Shown in pieces: positions 12,936 to 27,800 of a stretch of 64,000 nt of DNA (the first letter of the stretch is position 1; each line of letters opens with the position of its first letter). A program made the translations under genes and the position numbers. The stretch is from the NCBI GenBank assembly GCA_002633005.1, contig NMRA01000079.1:919148-983147 (forward strand). The letters are read 5' to 3'. The DNA is from Phoronis australis. Lineage: Eukaryota; Animalia; Phoronida. Under the pieces are notes generated by a model. That model made no database searches and was not told the origin of the DNA. It worked only from the letters and a program-made list of their open reading frames with translations.

Positions 12936-15490
12936 TACTAGCAGATGAAATTTCAGAAGAAATTTTAGAAATAAGTATTAGCTAGGATCCCAACATATTC
13001 TGAATCCTAAGAACCGGTAACTGTCATTTATGTCCGAAAATCGCCCATTATTTTCTTTCCGCCTGAGAATTATATAAACGTGTCATATATGTAGCTTACA
13101 TAAGTTTCGGTCGTGACCCTGGATGTCTGAACTCAGCAGACGTACACAATGCCGCACCAGCACTTTACTACAGGCAGTCTCACAATGCTTTAGGAGAAAT
13201 TATACACCGCATTGTCTCGTATTTATATAATATTGACTCTCCCAGGTTGTGCGATCGACATTTCACTCGGACCTGAATACCGATAACTCGGACCTCGGCG
13301 GGTTATTTGGTTTCGATGGGAGATAGAACATTAACGTTTCTAGTAGCCAGCAACTGGTAGCCTCCAAAAGTGTTTTTGTTGGTTTGTAATCATGACAACC
13401 TCGAGCAAGTTTAAACATGCAATTAAGGCCGCCACTATGCAAAATTCATTTCTTCATTTGACATTATTTACTACAAGGTACTGTCGTCAGATTATTTTCA
13501 ACGTTTTTACCCGCGTTTCTGTGTTCAGTGAATTTAATAGAGCTAATTTTGGGGCAGATACAATGTACACCGAATTATGCAAATTCAGGCAGCCATTCTT
13601 AAAATGTATACATCTGCTTTTGCGTATAATTGCGATATGGGACATCATACATATTTATAATTGCAACCATGTTGTTGTGTCAATTATTTCAATGAAGTCA
13701 GTTTACAGGATTTTGAGGAATAACCACAATTTCGCCACACGAGCGCCCCCAGCCTAAAATGTAGGGATGCAGGGGACTTGAATATTTGGGTTTGTGGAAC
13801 TCATTACTAAAAAAAAACAGTAAACGGGGTTTGTTCAAGGCCTGTGCATTTTGAATTTGCCCCCCAAATGATATCTGGGAGAATTTTAGGGGGGGGGGGC
13901 ATGTCCCCTTTGTCCTCCTAAATCCGCCACTGGTTTACACTGGCAGGTTGTTACACGTTGCATTTGCATTGTTATAAAGATCGCCTTTTATGAAATTCAG
14001 TTCTGCTAATATCTTACAGAGGGGGATACGTGTAAATTATTTTGACATTTGCACCCAATCATGTTCATGGTAAAATATTAATGAAAATCAGCTTGCGGGT
14101 CATTACATCATAAGGTAAGCTGTCCACCAAGGTTCGGCTTATCGTCATGGTAATTGACTTCTGATGGTTCGATTAAGGTTGAGACAGCTTTGGACGACTG
14201 CACAAAGAAACTGAAACACTGTGTGCTGTTAATATGATGAGTAACCCGAATTCATCCACAAATATCACACACCAGGACCCTCATAAGCGTGATCCTCAGC
14301 CCAGATTTACCTTAAATACAGCAATATCAAGCTGAACAAACTGTAAAGGTTTGTATGGATCTTTACAAAGCATAAACGTACATGTACATGTACATGTATG
14401 CTATTATGGCTGGCGTACAAGTGCTCAATTACTGTAATCAGTGTTCTGTCATCACCGGTTTGCCCACGTCACTGTATCTAAGTCCAACGTGCATCAAAAG
14501 GTAATGACCAGGCCTAGAACTTAATTTCAAACTGCACTTCACCATGTAACTGTCTAAAAAGGACTCAGGCTTCTTTGCTCTCATCAAAACCACGTTTTAC
14601 CTTACATTGAACGGATTCTGTTTCCATAACCTTCAAGTAAACGGCAAATATTCCCATTGTGTTGATTTTTAGCAAGAATGCAAACCTAACACGATACAGA
14701 ATGCCATGGGATTGATTTTAAGACAGCAAAAAACCAGATTCGATCATTATTTTTGATAAGCTTAACTTTCAAAACTGATTAAACCATTAAAAATCAAAAA
14801 GCTTTGCAAACAAACTAAATTTGAATACTGATATCATGAGATTCCTTAATGACAAGCATTTGTATCAAGTGAAATTTGTTCACGTTACTAAAAGGTGGTT
14901 TTGCTATGAATATGATTTTCTTTTTCGCTAATTCACGTGACTTTGTATAATTTATGTACAACTCTGATGAACGCTATTAGTGATTGCTATTCAAATGGTT
15001 AATTTTTGGCTGACAAATACAGGATTCCTAGTATTTTTATAATGTCAAAGGTTACATAAAACGAAAACGAAAAGACGATTCAGTCAGGAGACTGTAAGAA
15101 CGTTTTCAGTTTGACGCTTGATGTTCAACATTCTTATCAAACGTAATTGAGCCCCCTATTCCTAACATGGTTTTGCTATAAACGTACATTTCTTTTTTAC
15201 TAAATTTTAAGGAAAATATATTTCCATGTGACCTAATTAACAAAGTACCGGTAAGGACAAAAATCAAATTCTATAGCATTCACAAACTACATATATTGAT
15301 AAATTCAGTGCTGCGCCGCCCATGTGGTTACAGGTGGAACAATGAGCTGCTAAAATAGCCCAATGAATGAAGGGATTACGGGATTACACAAGCACCACCA
15401 TTGAAAATGAGCACATGAGAACGCACTACGGGTAGCTTTTGACAACACACGGAACACCAGAGAGAAGTGTACAGAGGCAGCTGAAACAAC

Positions 15491-15808
15491 ATGAATGAAA
15501 TCGAGAATATTTACCACCAAATTGATGGCTTTGGATCCTATCAGATTAGAACTTTCATACTTGTTAACCTGTTGGAGTTTTGGGCAGCTATGGCCATGAT
15601 GTTGCTGGTATTCACGGGTGCCAAACCCGATATGGTCTGCGGTATGGAGGGAAACGAGCAGAATGTATCCGTGCGACATGGTGTCTGGGAGCCTTCATAC
15701 CTTCACCTAAACGCATCCAGGAACCTGACGAAGGACGTGTGTTGGGGACCAAATTCGATTTGCCCCGGTCTGCGGTATTCGGAAGAATTTTCATCGATTG
15801 TTACGGAG
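15491..15808 (+). CDS. SLC22 gene 1, first coding exon, variant 1a (TM1 + extracellular loop)
   Basis: ATG...SIVTE|gtaatt, phase 0, open frame, 3 Cys, sequons NVS/NAS/NLT. Confidence 0.8.
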
Positions 15809-18800
15809 GTAATTAACTGTGCTTCCACCTCGTTGTTGAAATAATTATTATAAAATTTGTTCTGTACACAGCACTCTCAGCTCATCACTAACTCTTGGCT
15901 GACATGCTTCACTCAAGTGACACTTTGGTATCGCAGTCATGCTTCAGTGTCACATAGAAAATTAAAGTCAAACATTTGTCTAGGGGCATTTCTGACATCA
16001 TTCTTACCAACGGTTTTTCTTTTCATTGTTGCACGAGATACATGTACATGTACATGTATGTAATCAATACCCTCACAAAGGTGTTTCTCTGCAGAGTCGG
16101 GATGTTTTCAGATCAGACTATGTAATGTATAGACTCTTGAGGTAAAAGTGTTATGTGTCTGAAATTAACATGTAGAGTTTGGTGTTTGAGTTCATGACGT
16201 GATACTTTTTATTCCTTAGGTGAAAAAAGAAGTGTACATGTCTAGGAAAAAGGTGGTATCAGTCACATGACCAAATTTTGCATCTAACACCTATTTTGAA
16301 AGGGCTTGGTGGAAAATAATTAAAAGCGCTTCCTAAGGAGAACTTTGCATACATCGTGGTATCTGGTTAGACATTTCTGAGTTACGTTGCTCCAAAGGTT
16401 GCCAAATTTAGATATTTTTGATGGTCTTAACATAACGGTTACCTCTTTGTGTTATTCTTACCGTACATACTCTATGATCTTATTGTTTGTTTGCTGATTT
16501 TAATGGCTAATACTGAGGCGTTGGCTATCAGAATCCATCACAGTATAAAACCAAATGCTATTACTTTTCCCTGACTCATTGGTTTGAAACACGTGAGGTT
16601 ATCGACAACAGACCAATTTAAACAGTTGTAAAATCACTGACACTCTTTCACTGTTGACGAGCAAGTTTGACATGTAATAGAACTGACCAATAGACTAGCT
16701 TTCTGCAATCTCGCAATGGCCAATTAAATTCCAAGAAGGCAAGTTGGAAGGTGGACTGTAGTAAAACCCCGCAACTCTGTAGGGTATATAGGGTAAGACA
16801 GCAGGGGACTCGAGTCGAGTTTCTGTAGTGCACTACAGACGTTAACTTTGGTGTTGGCTTAGTAACAAAGCTAAACGAAAGGCTGACGTTATCTTCGCGG
16901 TTTACGCCGACGCATCTCTAGTAACGGTTTAACTCGGTGGTCTTAGAACATCAGAAACAATTCGTATAAACAATACTTTCTCTCAAAGAGCCGAGAAAGG
17001 TAAAACTTAGATCCGGACAGCCAAATATTGGCGAGAAGTTAAACGCGGACCTTGGGAGTTCAAAAACACAGTGGAGATGATGAATGAAATTGAGAATATT
17101 TATTGCCAAATTGGTGGTTTTGGGCCCTATCAAATTCGGGCGTTTGCCCTAGTAAACTTTATGGAGTTCTGGGCTGCCATGACTATGATGTTGCCAGTAT
17201 TCACGGGTGCCACACCCAACATGGGCTGTAGCCTCGAGGAAAACAAGAAAAACGTTTCCCTGCAGCTGTTATCATACGTTAACTCGTCCAAGAACGAGAC
17301 GATCGGTGTGTGCTTGGGACCAAACTTCATTTGCCCCGGTCTATGGTACTCTCAAGAGTTCAACTCGATTGTTTCGGAGGTAATTGGATGTGCTAGCTTG
17401 CTATTCTGTTGCTGCTAATGAGTTGCTGGAAATGGAGTATTTGATGAATTTGGATATTTCCATTGGTACGTAATTATTCCCCCCACGACGTTGTAAACAC
17501 CGTACTCTTAATCTGCTAGTTAATACAAGGTGAGCAAAATACATGTAGCTTGTCAAAAACTCTCCCCAAAATAATCTCTTGAACGACTGAGTGACCTGGT
17601 TACTGGGAGATCGATGCTCGATGCTAACCTGTTCAAGTGGTACTACCCCGCAAAAGCCGAGTTTTTTGGTTATACTTACAGCCATGCTCCATCAACGTGT
17701 GCATGCGCTTTAAGGCTGAGATAAGGAGATCCGCTAACTTCTCACAATATGGACACGAACCAAAATGCTGTCGGCATACCTTTTTAGGGATTACGAGGGA
17801 ATTTAAATTCTGAAAACTCCGGTTGTCTCCACTCTCACGACATCCCAGATCCGCTCCTGAGTGTGGTTGTACTATTCGAAGCGTGGGTTAGAGGAATATG
17901 GAGGCAGCCCACTCCTGTTTTAAAAAGACGCCGTTTCAGGGCTGTTGTGGTCGATCAGCCTCGCGGTATGCTGCATATTTATGAGTTTATTAGTTTATTG
18001 GATGCCACGTCCTATTCTATATGACCTTTTGTTGTCGGTACAAACAAAATATATTCTACCCCTGTAAACATGTTTGACTATCTCACGTGAAATGCTACCT
18101 GTTCAGAAAGAGTACCTCTTCGGGGTCATACAGTGTAGTTCTTGACGATAACTAATGTACAATGTATCAAGAGGACAATAAATAACTAGGAAGATTATTG
18201 TCACGGCGTGACAATAATGGACTCTGCGCGTGCGTATTAAAGGAATTGTTATGGGAAGTTACTGACAGCAACCCGTTTACCAATATGAAAATTAATTCTT
18301 TAAAATTGTAGGAGAAATTACATGTTAATATTTTGAAGACCTTTCCAGTAATTGACCTCTTCCGGTGCATTATGAGCCCCGATGAGAGAATAATTGTAAA
18401 CTCGATTAAAAGTGTGGTTAATGCTAAAAATCACAGATGTTTTACTTTAAGCACTTCAGAATACAAGATGAATGAATTGGTCAAACTTTCAGAAGAAAAA
18501 TGCACCTAATGACCCCATGGGTGCACCAAATGACCTGAAAATTTAGAATGCAAACTCAATCGCACTTAGTAAACAGATATATAATTTTGAAGTCTCTAGC
18601 TTAAAATTTTTGTTTGCACCCAATGACCTTTGACCTATTGTTTCTGATTGGTTAGGCCTATTGCAAAGTAAAATAGGGTTTTCAATTGGCATGTTGACTT
18701 ACCCCAGTGTGCTAAAATTGAAAAGAATTCCTTGAAAAACGTAAGAGATATAACATTTTGACATAATTTCTATAAACAATTTATATGCTGTGATGTACAC

Positions 18801-21800
18801 AAAATACGTTGGTAAACCTTTATTCAGCGACTTTGAATTGGTTGCATCAAACGTTTGTCTGAAATCTTAGGTCACTATTCAAGAAACATATTCGAGATTT
18901 TGTTGTGTATAACAGATATTTACGTCTACATTTTTTCTTGACAATGTTATCGTCATGCGCATACTGAATAAATTAACCAAGCGCTCAAGAACAAAGTGAC
19001 GCGAAAAGACTTTGGGGTGTGTAACGATTTTTTAACAAGTCAAAAAGTCTTTTTGCGTGTCATTGTCTTTGAAAATGATGTCACCAAAGCTGATGGTCAA
19101 CAGCGTTCGAAATACACGCTGACCCGGTGTCCTATTCCAGCCAAATTGCGGCCGATCTAGGAACTTTTAAAAGTTAGCTTGGCACCTGGGCCAGTAAATT
19201 TTCAGACTAACTGACCCAGCGTGCACATTTATTCGCTGAGGTTCGATCACTGATAGTCAACGAACTTCAGGGCAGATTTCGTAAAATTGTAACTTTGACC
19301 GAGATTATAGATAGCAAAATCTTTTGTGAGTTGCTGATAAGTTGCGGATTCCTTGAAAGGTCAAAGGTTAAACATTCTTAGATTATGGTTTGAGTAGTCA
19401 CATACATGGGAGACAACTTTACCCAAACATTAGAACTCTCTGTAATAAGCACATTTTCGTAATTCTAGGCTACACAGAATTGTCGTGAGCACTTGACAGG
19501 GACCTCAGGGGTCTCACACTCCACTGAGTTATCCACATTATTTTGAAAGCACTTTACCCAGTCACACATTGTGTGTCATAAAAGAGATAATTAGGCATAC
19601 CAGTGGCTGACGCAGCAATATACTCTCGTTTATCACATTAGTGTAGACTCACAGTTGAACTGTGGTTTTCTGCTGACCCCAGACCGTCCGGAGTTGCACC
19701 ATATACCAACTCCGGACGGTCTCTCACGACGATTTAGCGTTATGAGCATTATGATAATATTTAGACTCGTGGGAAATCTGCAAAAAATATCTATACACAC
19801 TTTTAGTATCTGGCTTTTCACATATTTAAAACAAAGTCTATAATAATTAGGGCTCAACGGATTTAAAATTATCTCAAACCTCATTTAGTCACCTTCATCC
19901 TAAGTCATACATCAAAAATAGGCTATGCCAACTAGTATACATTTTGTGAAAGAAAAATGACCCGAGTTTATAAAGCTATGTTTACAATCATGTGTCAGTG
20001 TTATAATAACGCTGATAGCTTTTAAGTAAAATTTTCATTTTTTTAAGAAAAGTACATTCATAACAAAATAACTCATGGCCGATTTTAAGGAAACTCTTTT
20101 TTAAATTAAATCTTCACAATTTACCTGTTAAGAATTTTCAATTACTCGTTTAGTCTTGTTCCTATGCCAAATTGACTCGCAAAACGTAAGGTACTTTTTG
20201 TAAAAAGTAGCAGTCGTATTCGTCTATGTTACGGTACGCAAAAACTAAGCCCATGAAAGCAAAACCTTCAGAGCGTTTTTGAGATTGGTGAATATATAAA
20301 TTTTTATAATTGGGAAGCCGTTTTCGAGAACTCGTGTTCCTAAGTTCAAATTAAGTCGATTTGCCGAACCTTAGAGAAAAAGCGTTAAACGTTGCGAGTC
20401 CTCAAAATCTGACGGTTATTTTTTTAATTTACGGTGAAAAAAACTTGTATTTGGCAAATTTAACCTATAGAAGCCAAACCATATTCGCTATTTCAAAATT
20501 CACTCACAATGTCAGCTGGATTTGCCGTGCTTTATTAACTTAATCATCGCTAAAGCGTTGTAATTTTCTGAAATCAAGACGGGGTCAGCTATTAAGTAGT
20601 TCAACACTTCATTGTTCCACGTTACTACATGTACGTCTACCATACCAAACAAGTAGAAGTGGCTAGCAGCTAACAGATCATTTTTGATATTAAAAAATAA
20701 AGGAAACATGCTTTGACATCAGCAACAATTCAAAATCCTTGCGAACAATTAGTAAAAATCCCTGTTGACTGCCAGGGGTATGTATTTACAAAATGTTCTC
20801 CTAAAGCTTAGTTCTTAATGACAAACGTGTCGGTGGTGGCCGTACCCTTTTCTCCCAGTGCCACCAAACATGCTTCAATTGAACAGGATAATTTCACCAG
20901 ACACGTGCATGACGCACTACTAGCGTCATCTGTGTAGGTTCATTGGAGGGGGGGGGGGGGGGTNTAGGTAAGGTAGGCAAAACGGCGTGCCTGAGTTGCT
21001 TTTTCCATAGGCTGCTCAGCACTGAAAAACGTGGGCTAAAGCCCCCCTAGAACCTTTTGATATACTGCCCATAGACCATGGGCTCTGGAGCACTGGGAAA
21101 AGGGGAGGGCTATAGCCCCCAGCCCCTTATGGTTAGCCGCCCGTGATTTCTCGATCAAATTCAAATTGCTATGTTTTTTTTTTCATTTTGAGCTTGGAGG
21201 GTATAAGTACACATAGTGGCTGATAGTTGTAAATCATGGACGCCATTCATACACAATATACCTTGTGAAACTGACATTAGAGGTCAGTGAAAGCAATTTT
21301 TGAACCCTGTTAAAAGTCATGCAACTGCTCCAAAAGGGCTGTGTTCAACTAAATACATGTTAAAAAGGTTACATATACATATTATACTCCTGACTGAGAA
21401 GATAATTTTTATTTCCCCCTATGGGTTAGTGATTAGCCACGCCTGGATTGTACTCTCCCAAGTGATGAGGAGCGTAAAACTTGTGGTAATATGTTTGCGA
21501 GTAAGGCGATGGTCACGTGTTTCAACATCAAAGACGCAGGGCACTGGCTTTAAGATGTTTTTTGCAGATTAAAGCAAAGGAAAACATTCACGCAAGGAAA
21601 TCGATTTTTATGAAAACACTTCTACGGCAACTGTTTGAAAAAGGTATAAAAAGTTATACTCGTACAGCTCTTATCAACTCCGTACATTACATTTGTGTCT
21701 CGTTACTGTCGATTAGCTTATTCCACGATTTCCATGCAGATGTAGCGAGGTAGAAAACAAGACCAAATGACGATTTTAGTCCAAACGGACAAAACGACCT

Positions 21801-24800
21801 ATTATCAGAAAACGGTTTAACCCCTAAACTTAAAAGCTGTTACCAAATACCGAACAATTTTTACTTATAATTCTACGCACATCATTGGAGTGCCAATTAA
21901 TGAAACTCCGGTACCTGAGCTACAAAGGAGTATGGTGACCTGGTAGTTCAAGCTACACCTCAACGGTCGCCAGCTTTCACCTGCCATCCAGTTTTGACAG
22001 CACTTTAGTCTTTCAATTTTCCACGATGAGTGATACGTAGCGAGCAATTTTTACACGATAGTGTCACAACGCGGCATGAGTGAATGACGAAATAAGTCAC
22101 TAACTTACTGTGGATTTATTTTATTTACTTATTGTGATATTTAAAATGAGTGTGGCCTCTTCAGTGATACCACTGCTTTCCAAGAGGGCCCTCAACAAGA
22201 AAACCAGTAATACAATACAATAAAATAATAAAACACTAATTAAATACAAGAAATAGAGATAGAGTAAAACAGGTTGAGAGTTAAGATAATGAATAAATGA
22301 CGAAGGATGATGAAAATTGGATTAAGAGAGATGAAATAGACAAAGAGATATTATTAAACATTGGGAGTATTTACAACAATATACCTTCTTACGTGAATCA
22401 CAGACCCACTAGAAACAGTGCGAATTGTAAGAAGTCAAAGGTGACATTTTAGACATCCTATAGTAAACGCAAGGTTTCAAAAGAAATCACGCTTCTCATG
22501 TTTTTTCATCCAGATGCAGAATGAAACATTTCGGTCAAAAACGTTTTGATTTTAAGACATTGTTAAAAGCTATATTTCCTTTAATCTTTTAGTGGGACTT
22601 GATATGCGACTTGGGGTTTGTGAGTGACCTCATCACCACAATACAAATGGTTGGGGTTATGGTCGGTGCCTTCGTGTGCGGACAACTTGCTGATGTTTTT
22701 GGACGGAAGAAGACTCTCTTCGGTGTTTACATTCTCATGATAGTGTTTGGGTTCGTCTCGGGATTCTCATCCCATTGGCCAGTCTATGCCGCCATGAGGT
22801 TTCTTACAGGAGCCGCTCTGGGAGGTTTGTACTTCGAGAATACATTCTTGTGTGCTTAAAGCTCCGCTACTTTTTGATAAAACGTTTGCTGGTCGACAGG
22901 TCTCTGAAAAAATCTCAAACATAATATAACTACCGCTACTACAGCGCGAGATTTGTCGGTATTTAGCAAGCATTGAAATAGTTCTTAGACGAAAACAAAT
23001 GGGTACGTATTTAGCCAAGGTTTCCTGAGCCGAACCTAGTTTGTAGTAGTAAACTACATCGCAGCAAAATTTGGAAAAATTCAACCAGTTTAGTTCCCAA
23101 GTTTATTCTCCCATGTTTATTGCCTCTTTACATGTATTCGGAATCTAAGTTTAGCTTACCTTGTGTGACCTATTGTCCAGGTCATCAGAACATAACTGAC
23201 CTTCAGGTTACTACTTTCTCAGGTCAAGAGGTCATTCACAAGTGCTGCTACATGTATAATGGCGTGACAATAAACTTGCCCACTATCTATAAACGGTAGA
23301 GGATTGTAATTATAATGTGTGGGGCATAAACTCACCAACAAGCATGTGAATTTAGTCAAATTTTTGGCAAAATTCCAGAATTGAAGGTACATCTTTTCTG
23401 AATGTAGAAACTGTAGATTTTAACTGTCTACTTAACAAAAGTCTGTCTTCATATGGCCGTGTTATTAACTTTTACCAAAATTTAGCCTTGAAACAATGTT
23501 TCTGGAAAGATAAAGCAACATCAGCAAGGCCAAACTTCATTTCACATAAATATTCTTGTATAAATTCCGAAATCAGTTTTCAAAATGTCCTTTTTTATTC
23601 TATGCAGCTTTTAAGGTGAAAACAATCATTTAAGCCTCAATTTTTATCGGTTTCTTATTCAAAAGTAATCCTGTTTTAAAATCAGTGTGGAGAAGAACCT
23701 GGATTGCATACTGTCTGTTTCAGTTGAGTCCACTCAGCTGTTTTTGAGATACGGTTTGGCAAAATTGCAAAATTATCTTCACTCATAACAACAAAGCTAG
23801 ACATTAATTTTCAACTTGGAGATAATGGTTAATATCAAAAGTAAGTATAGGATGACCGTTAATAGGCAGATTGGATTTACAATTTCCCGCTTAAAAAATC
23901 GAAATAATGTAACATTCGATTGCCAATCACAAAAGAAAGACACGAAGTCGTTAGTTTTAAAACGGTTTATTTAAAATATGTTTTTACACACGTAACACTC
24001 TTCTTGAGTAAAACTGAGGATTGCAGACTAGTTTTATAAATAATGCAGCCAGAACATCACATTCAAAATCACTGTAAAGACAGGATATACAAAATGTGAT
24101 AAAATTGTAACATTGATTAAAATCCATTTTAATACGGACATACACAAAGACAGAAAAGTGTATATCGCTGGCTACATAAGCTGTCACAACGTGTCCACAA
24201 TGACCGGCTAACGTTGATCCCTACTAAAGGTGCTACCCGGTTAATCACTACTGTGTATCACACTATGTAGTTCACATGGAAACTTGCATGTCTATCATTA
24301 TATATCTATGAAATAAAAGTAAAATACCTACAAAAATACTACAGAGCACAACTGCATGTAAGCGGCAGGCATCCAGTCTTTCTGCAAATAATCTACCGCA
24401 AAATGTCATATACAATGTAAAACGTCGAGTACACAAATCGGGTAACCTAGGTTAATAGTATACAAAACATGACTGTCATTAAGAAGGCTTAAGTCAGCAC
24501 CATATCAAAGTTGCTCATCAAATCTCCTGTAGCAAATCAAAAGGACACGTAACATTTTTGTCTGCGATGTCAGGAAACGGTGGATACACATCTGCTCAGT
24601 AAATGCATTTAAAGGCCCTTTCACACTGATTTATCTCCGGTCTGAGCGGAGTGATGACGTATACTGCACAGTTACATGTAACTGCAACGTTCATACTGAC
24701 TTCAGTAGTTAACGGACATCGAAGGAAACGGTACATGTAGGTGACGCTGTTGTTATCGAAGTAATCGCAAGGTAGCGCTGATGCATCTCGTGCACGCCAA

Positions 24801-27800
24801 GACAATATGGGAGCATAATCTTGTGTTACAATAATTCATACCCTACAGGTAAACTGAAATAATCTATACAACTAAACGTACAGAATTACCCTCACTGATG
24901 TTACAGTGAGACGCTTTCTAAAACGACTCAGTCATACTAGTAACTAGAAGTCCGAGTGTGGTAGCCTCGGGTTCCAGAGCCAAACGACCCTTCTGTTCCT
25001 AACCAGCGAGTGACAATTGTTTGAGTTACTGGTTTAGATTACACGGCACTAAAATAAACAATAAGTATACTAAGGTAGTAACAAACAGCTTACGCCTTTC
25101 TTGTTCCTGCCGTGGAGGCACTCGAACGTGGATTTTGCTCGACCAAATTGTATTTGCCAACGAGCCGACTAGGAAGCTGACAACATAGCCATCAGATCAC
25201 TTGACATCCCCCCATATGCCGCAGCTGGACCACTGCCTGCACCTTCTTGCTGAGCTTAAACACCGCCAAAATAGCCGCTTATTCTTAGATCATCTTTCTT
25301 GGAAGTGCCCTACCACGTTCTTGCACGACGAAGTTAAACTTTCGTTGAGTCACTACCGTAATTAATGCGCGGTTGAAATAGTCAGTAACAAAATATACCA
25401 ACGCAGCAAAATGTGATATATTATGTGATACTAATCGACAAGAATTTTTCAAAGGTCTTTAAACACACGTTTTGCTCAATTTGCGAACTTGTTGAACTGA
25501 ATGTCCTAAACGAATCGAAAAGCGTAGACAAATATTAACACGCTCTGAAGTCCAAAGCCGAAGTGTTTGAAGAACGCCTCAACAAACAACAAATTCAAAA
25601 GTGTAAAGTATAATTGCAGTTTTTTTCGTCACAAATTCAAATAAAATACCAAAAGTGATCTCCGTCTAAAAGTAAGAAGTGTTTTAACAATTGAAACAAC
25701 TAGGCTGAGGTAATAGGGTTTTATGACCGTACTGTGTTCACAGACCATACAATGGGGCTAGTTACATGTACGTATAGAGGTCTTATGCTGAAACATCCAT
25801 TTCGAGGATGTCTGTAGATACGCTACCGTAATCAAACTTAAAACTTTTGAAAAATGCCATTTGAATATTGAAAAGGGTCCAATAATGCACTCCAGTGGTA
25901 TTAATAGAAGTGTAATTTCGACGAATACAGAAGCACTTATTGTAGTTCGGGTGTCATGTAGCGTGTTTAACAGTCACGCAAAATCGAGAGGGGTCAATGA
26001 TACAATGGATAGCTACACTGTAGGTTCTATTGACCGAGAAAGGCCATAGGCAGAATTGACCTATCACCAGGATTTTGAGTAATGGCTTGACTTCATAAGG
26101 CGCCATTTTACCCGTCAAACCACACCTTGCCGGGTAAAACTTATTGTTTGTTTGTCGACTTTTCGCAAGGAGGCGGAGATTGTGATAGGTCAATTTTAAA
26201 GGTTTTGCCAATGTTACAACAAAAATACTATTATGGTTTCCTTTCGTGGCAGGGTTACTCGTTGTATCGTTTATTGTTCCCATGGAAATCATATCGCCTG
26301 GGTGGCGGAACCTGTGTGGTTGTCTCGGTGTATGGGGCCTTGGAGTTGCTTGCTTGGCCCTTCTGGCGTACCTATTGCGGGATTGGCGACATCTATCGAT
26401 GGCTTCTACAGCACCAGGTTTGATCGTCCTATTGTCGTGGTGGTAAGTATATGCGTAACGCAACAAACGACAATCGTAAAGCACGCCTTATTACTATGTT
26501 ACTGGGGGATTTTGCTGAAGTAGAGAAGAGGCGAATGAATATGTAGGACGCAAATTGTGGTCCAAGAAGACAAGGGGGCATTTTAATTTATTTTTAAACG
26601 CGCTATGTCTAATCATTGCACATTAAAAGGGTCTTTTCTCGAAGTCAACATGTTTTCCAATGCAAGCGGCCACGAAGAAGACGTGCCTCCTGGAACAGCT
26701 TGGTGGGCCTTAGTCTCTGGTCCCACGTGATTAGCCGCCATTACTTTTTGAAAGGCTTGCATTTTTCATTCTATTTTTGCGAACAAGTGAATTTAAATTG
26801 ACCAATCTAGAGTTGTTTCTTTGTGTTCCCAACCGGAACATCTTATAAATAGACACGTATATCACATCTGAAGAGCGATTGACTTTGAAGAATCAAAGTA
26901 GCACAAAAGCTTAAGGTTATGTGAGACACTAGAATAATTTCAGATTTGACTATTTTCGGAATATCTAATCTCAAAAATGGCCTCTTTTTAGAAGCCATGC
27001 TTTGTGCGCTGTTCTACAAAAGGATGTTTGAATTTGTTTTTAAAATTGTTATTTCATCTCGAACATATACTTTTAGCCAACGAAATGTGACCATTTTATT
27101 GATGTGTTTTGCTATGAATATATCGCAAATTCTCTGGAGATGTCCCGAAAGTTGCAAATGGGACCTTTGTCAGAACGCACGATAGAGCAGTCGGATATGC
27201 TGTTTGACGGTCAGTTATGCACCTAACTTTCAGAAACCCCTTTGGACGCAGTTACTACGCACGCATTACAATGACCTGAAAACACATATGTTGATTCATT
27301 GTTAAAGTGGTATAGTGGAAAATGTTTCTGTACATCAACCGGTGTCTCCGTCTTCCCTTGGTGTCATGACTTTTGATCTAAACTCCTATTGTAATGCACA
27401 AGGAAAATATCACATTTCCAATGTCTCCACGACAATAAAGTAATGACCGAAAGATATTGTTAAGGACAGAGGCTGGTAATTTGTTAAAGTGTTTGGCTTC
27501 TGAAAATTGAATTCCTCGTGAAAAGTAAATGTTGATTAATTCTTCCGCCGACTAAATACTGTACGAGAAACGTTAGCGAAAACGCTGTGCTGGGTTATAC
27601 ATGTATTTCTCCACGCCAGTTTTCAGTCAATGCGTGCACATTGAGATGCATTCATTCAATGTGGTAATTGGCATTTGTGTTGCGACAAACGGAAACAAGA
27701 CTGAGCCTGGCTACTAACGAAAGAATGGTCGATATCAGGCCTCTAAAAACCGGTAACATCTGGAGTACTGAATATACGGGAGACTCCAAAATTTAGCCTT

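Noticed and set aside
20948-20964. G-run as a G-quadruplex
   Set aside because: It abuts an N gap, so its length is unreliable.
25954-26523. Long antisense and alternative-frame ORFs over exon 3 (also 56587-56952, 27735-27974, 8798-9010)
   Set aside because: They are shadows of real coding exons with no recognisable protein features.
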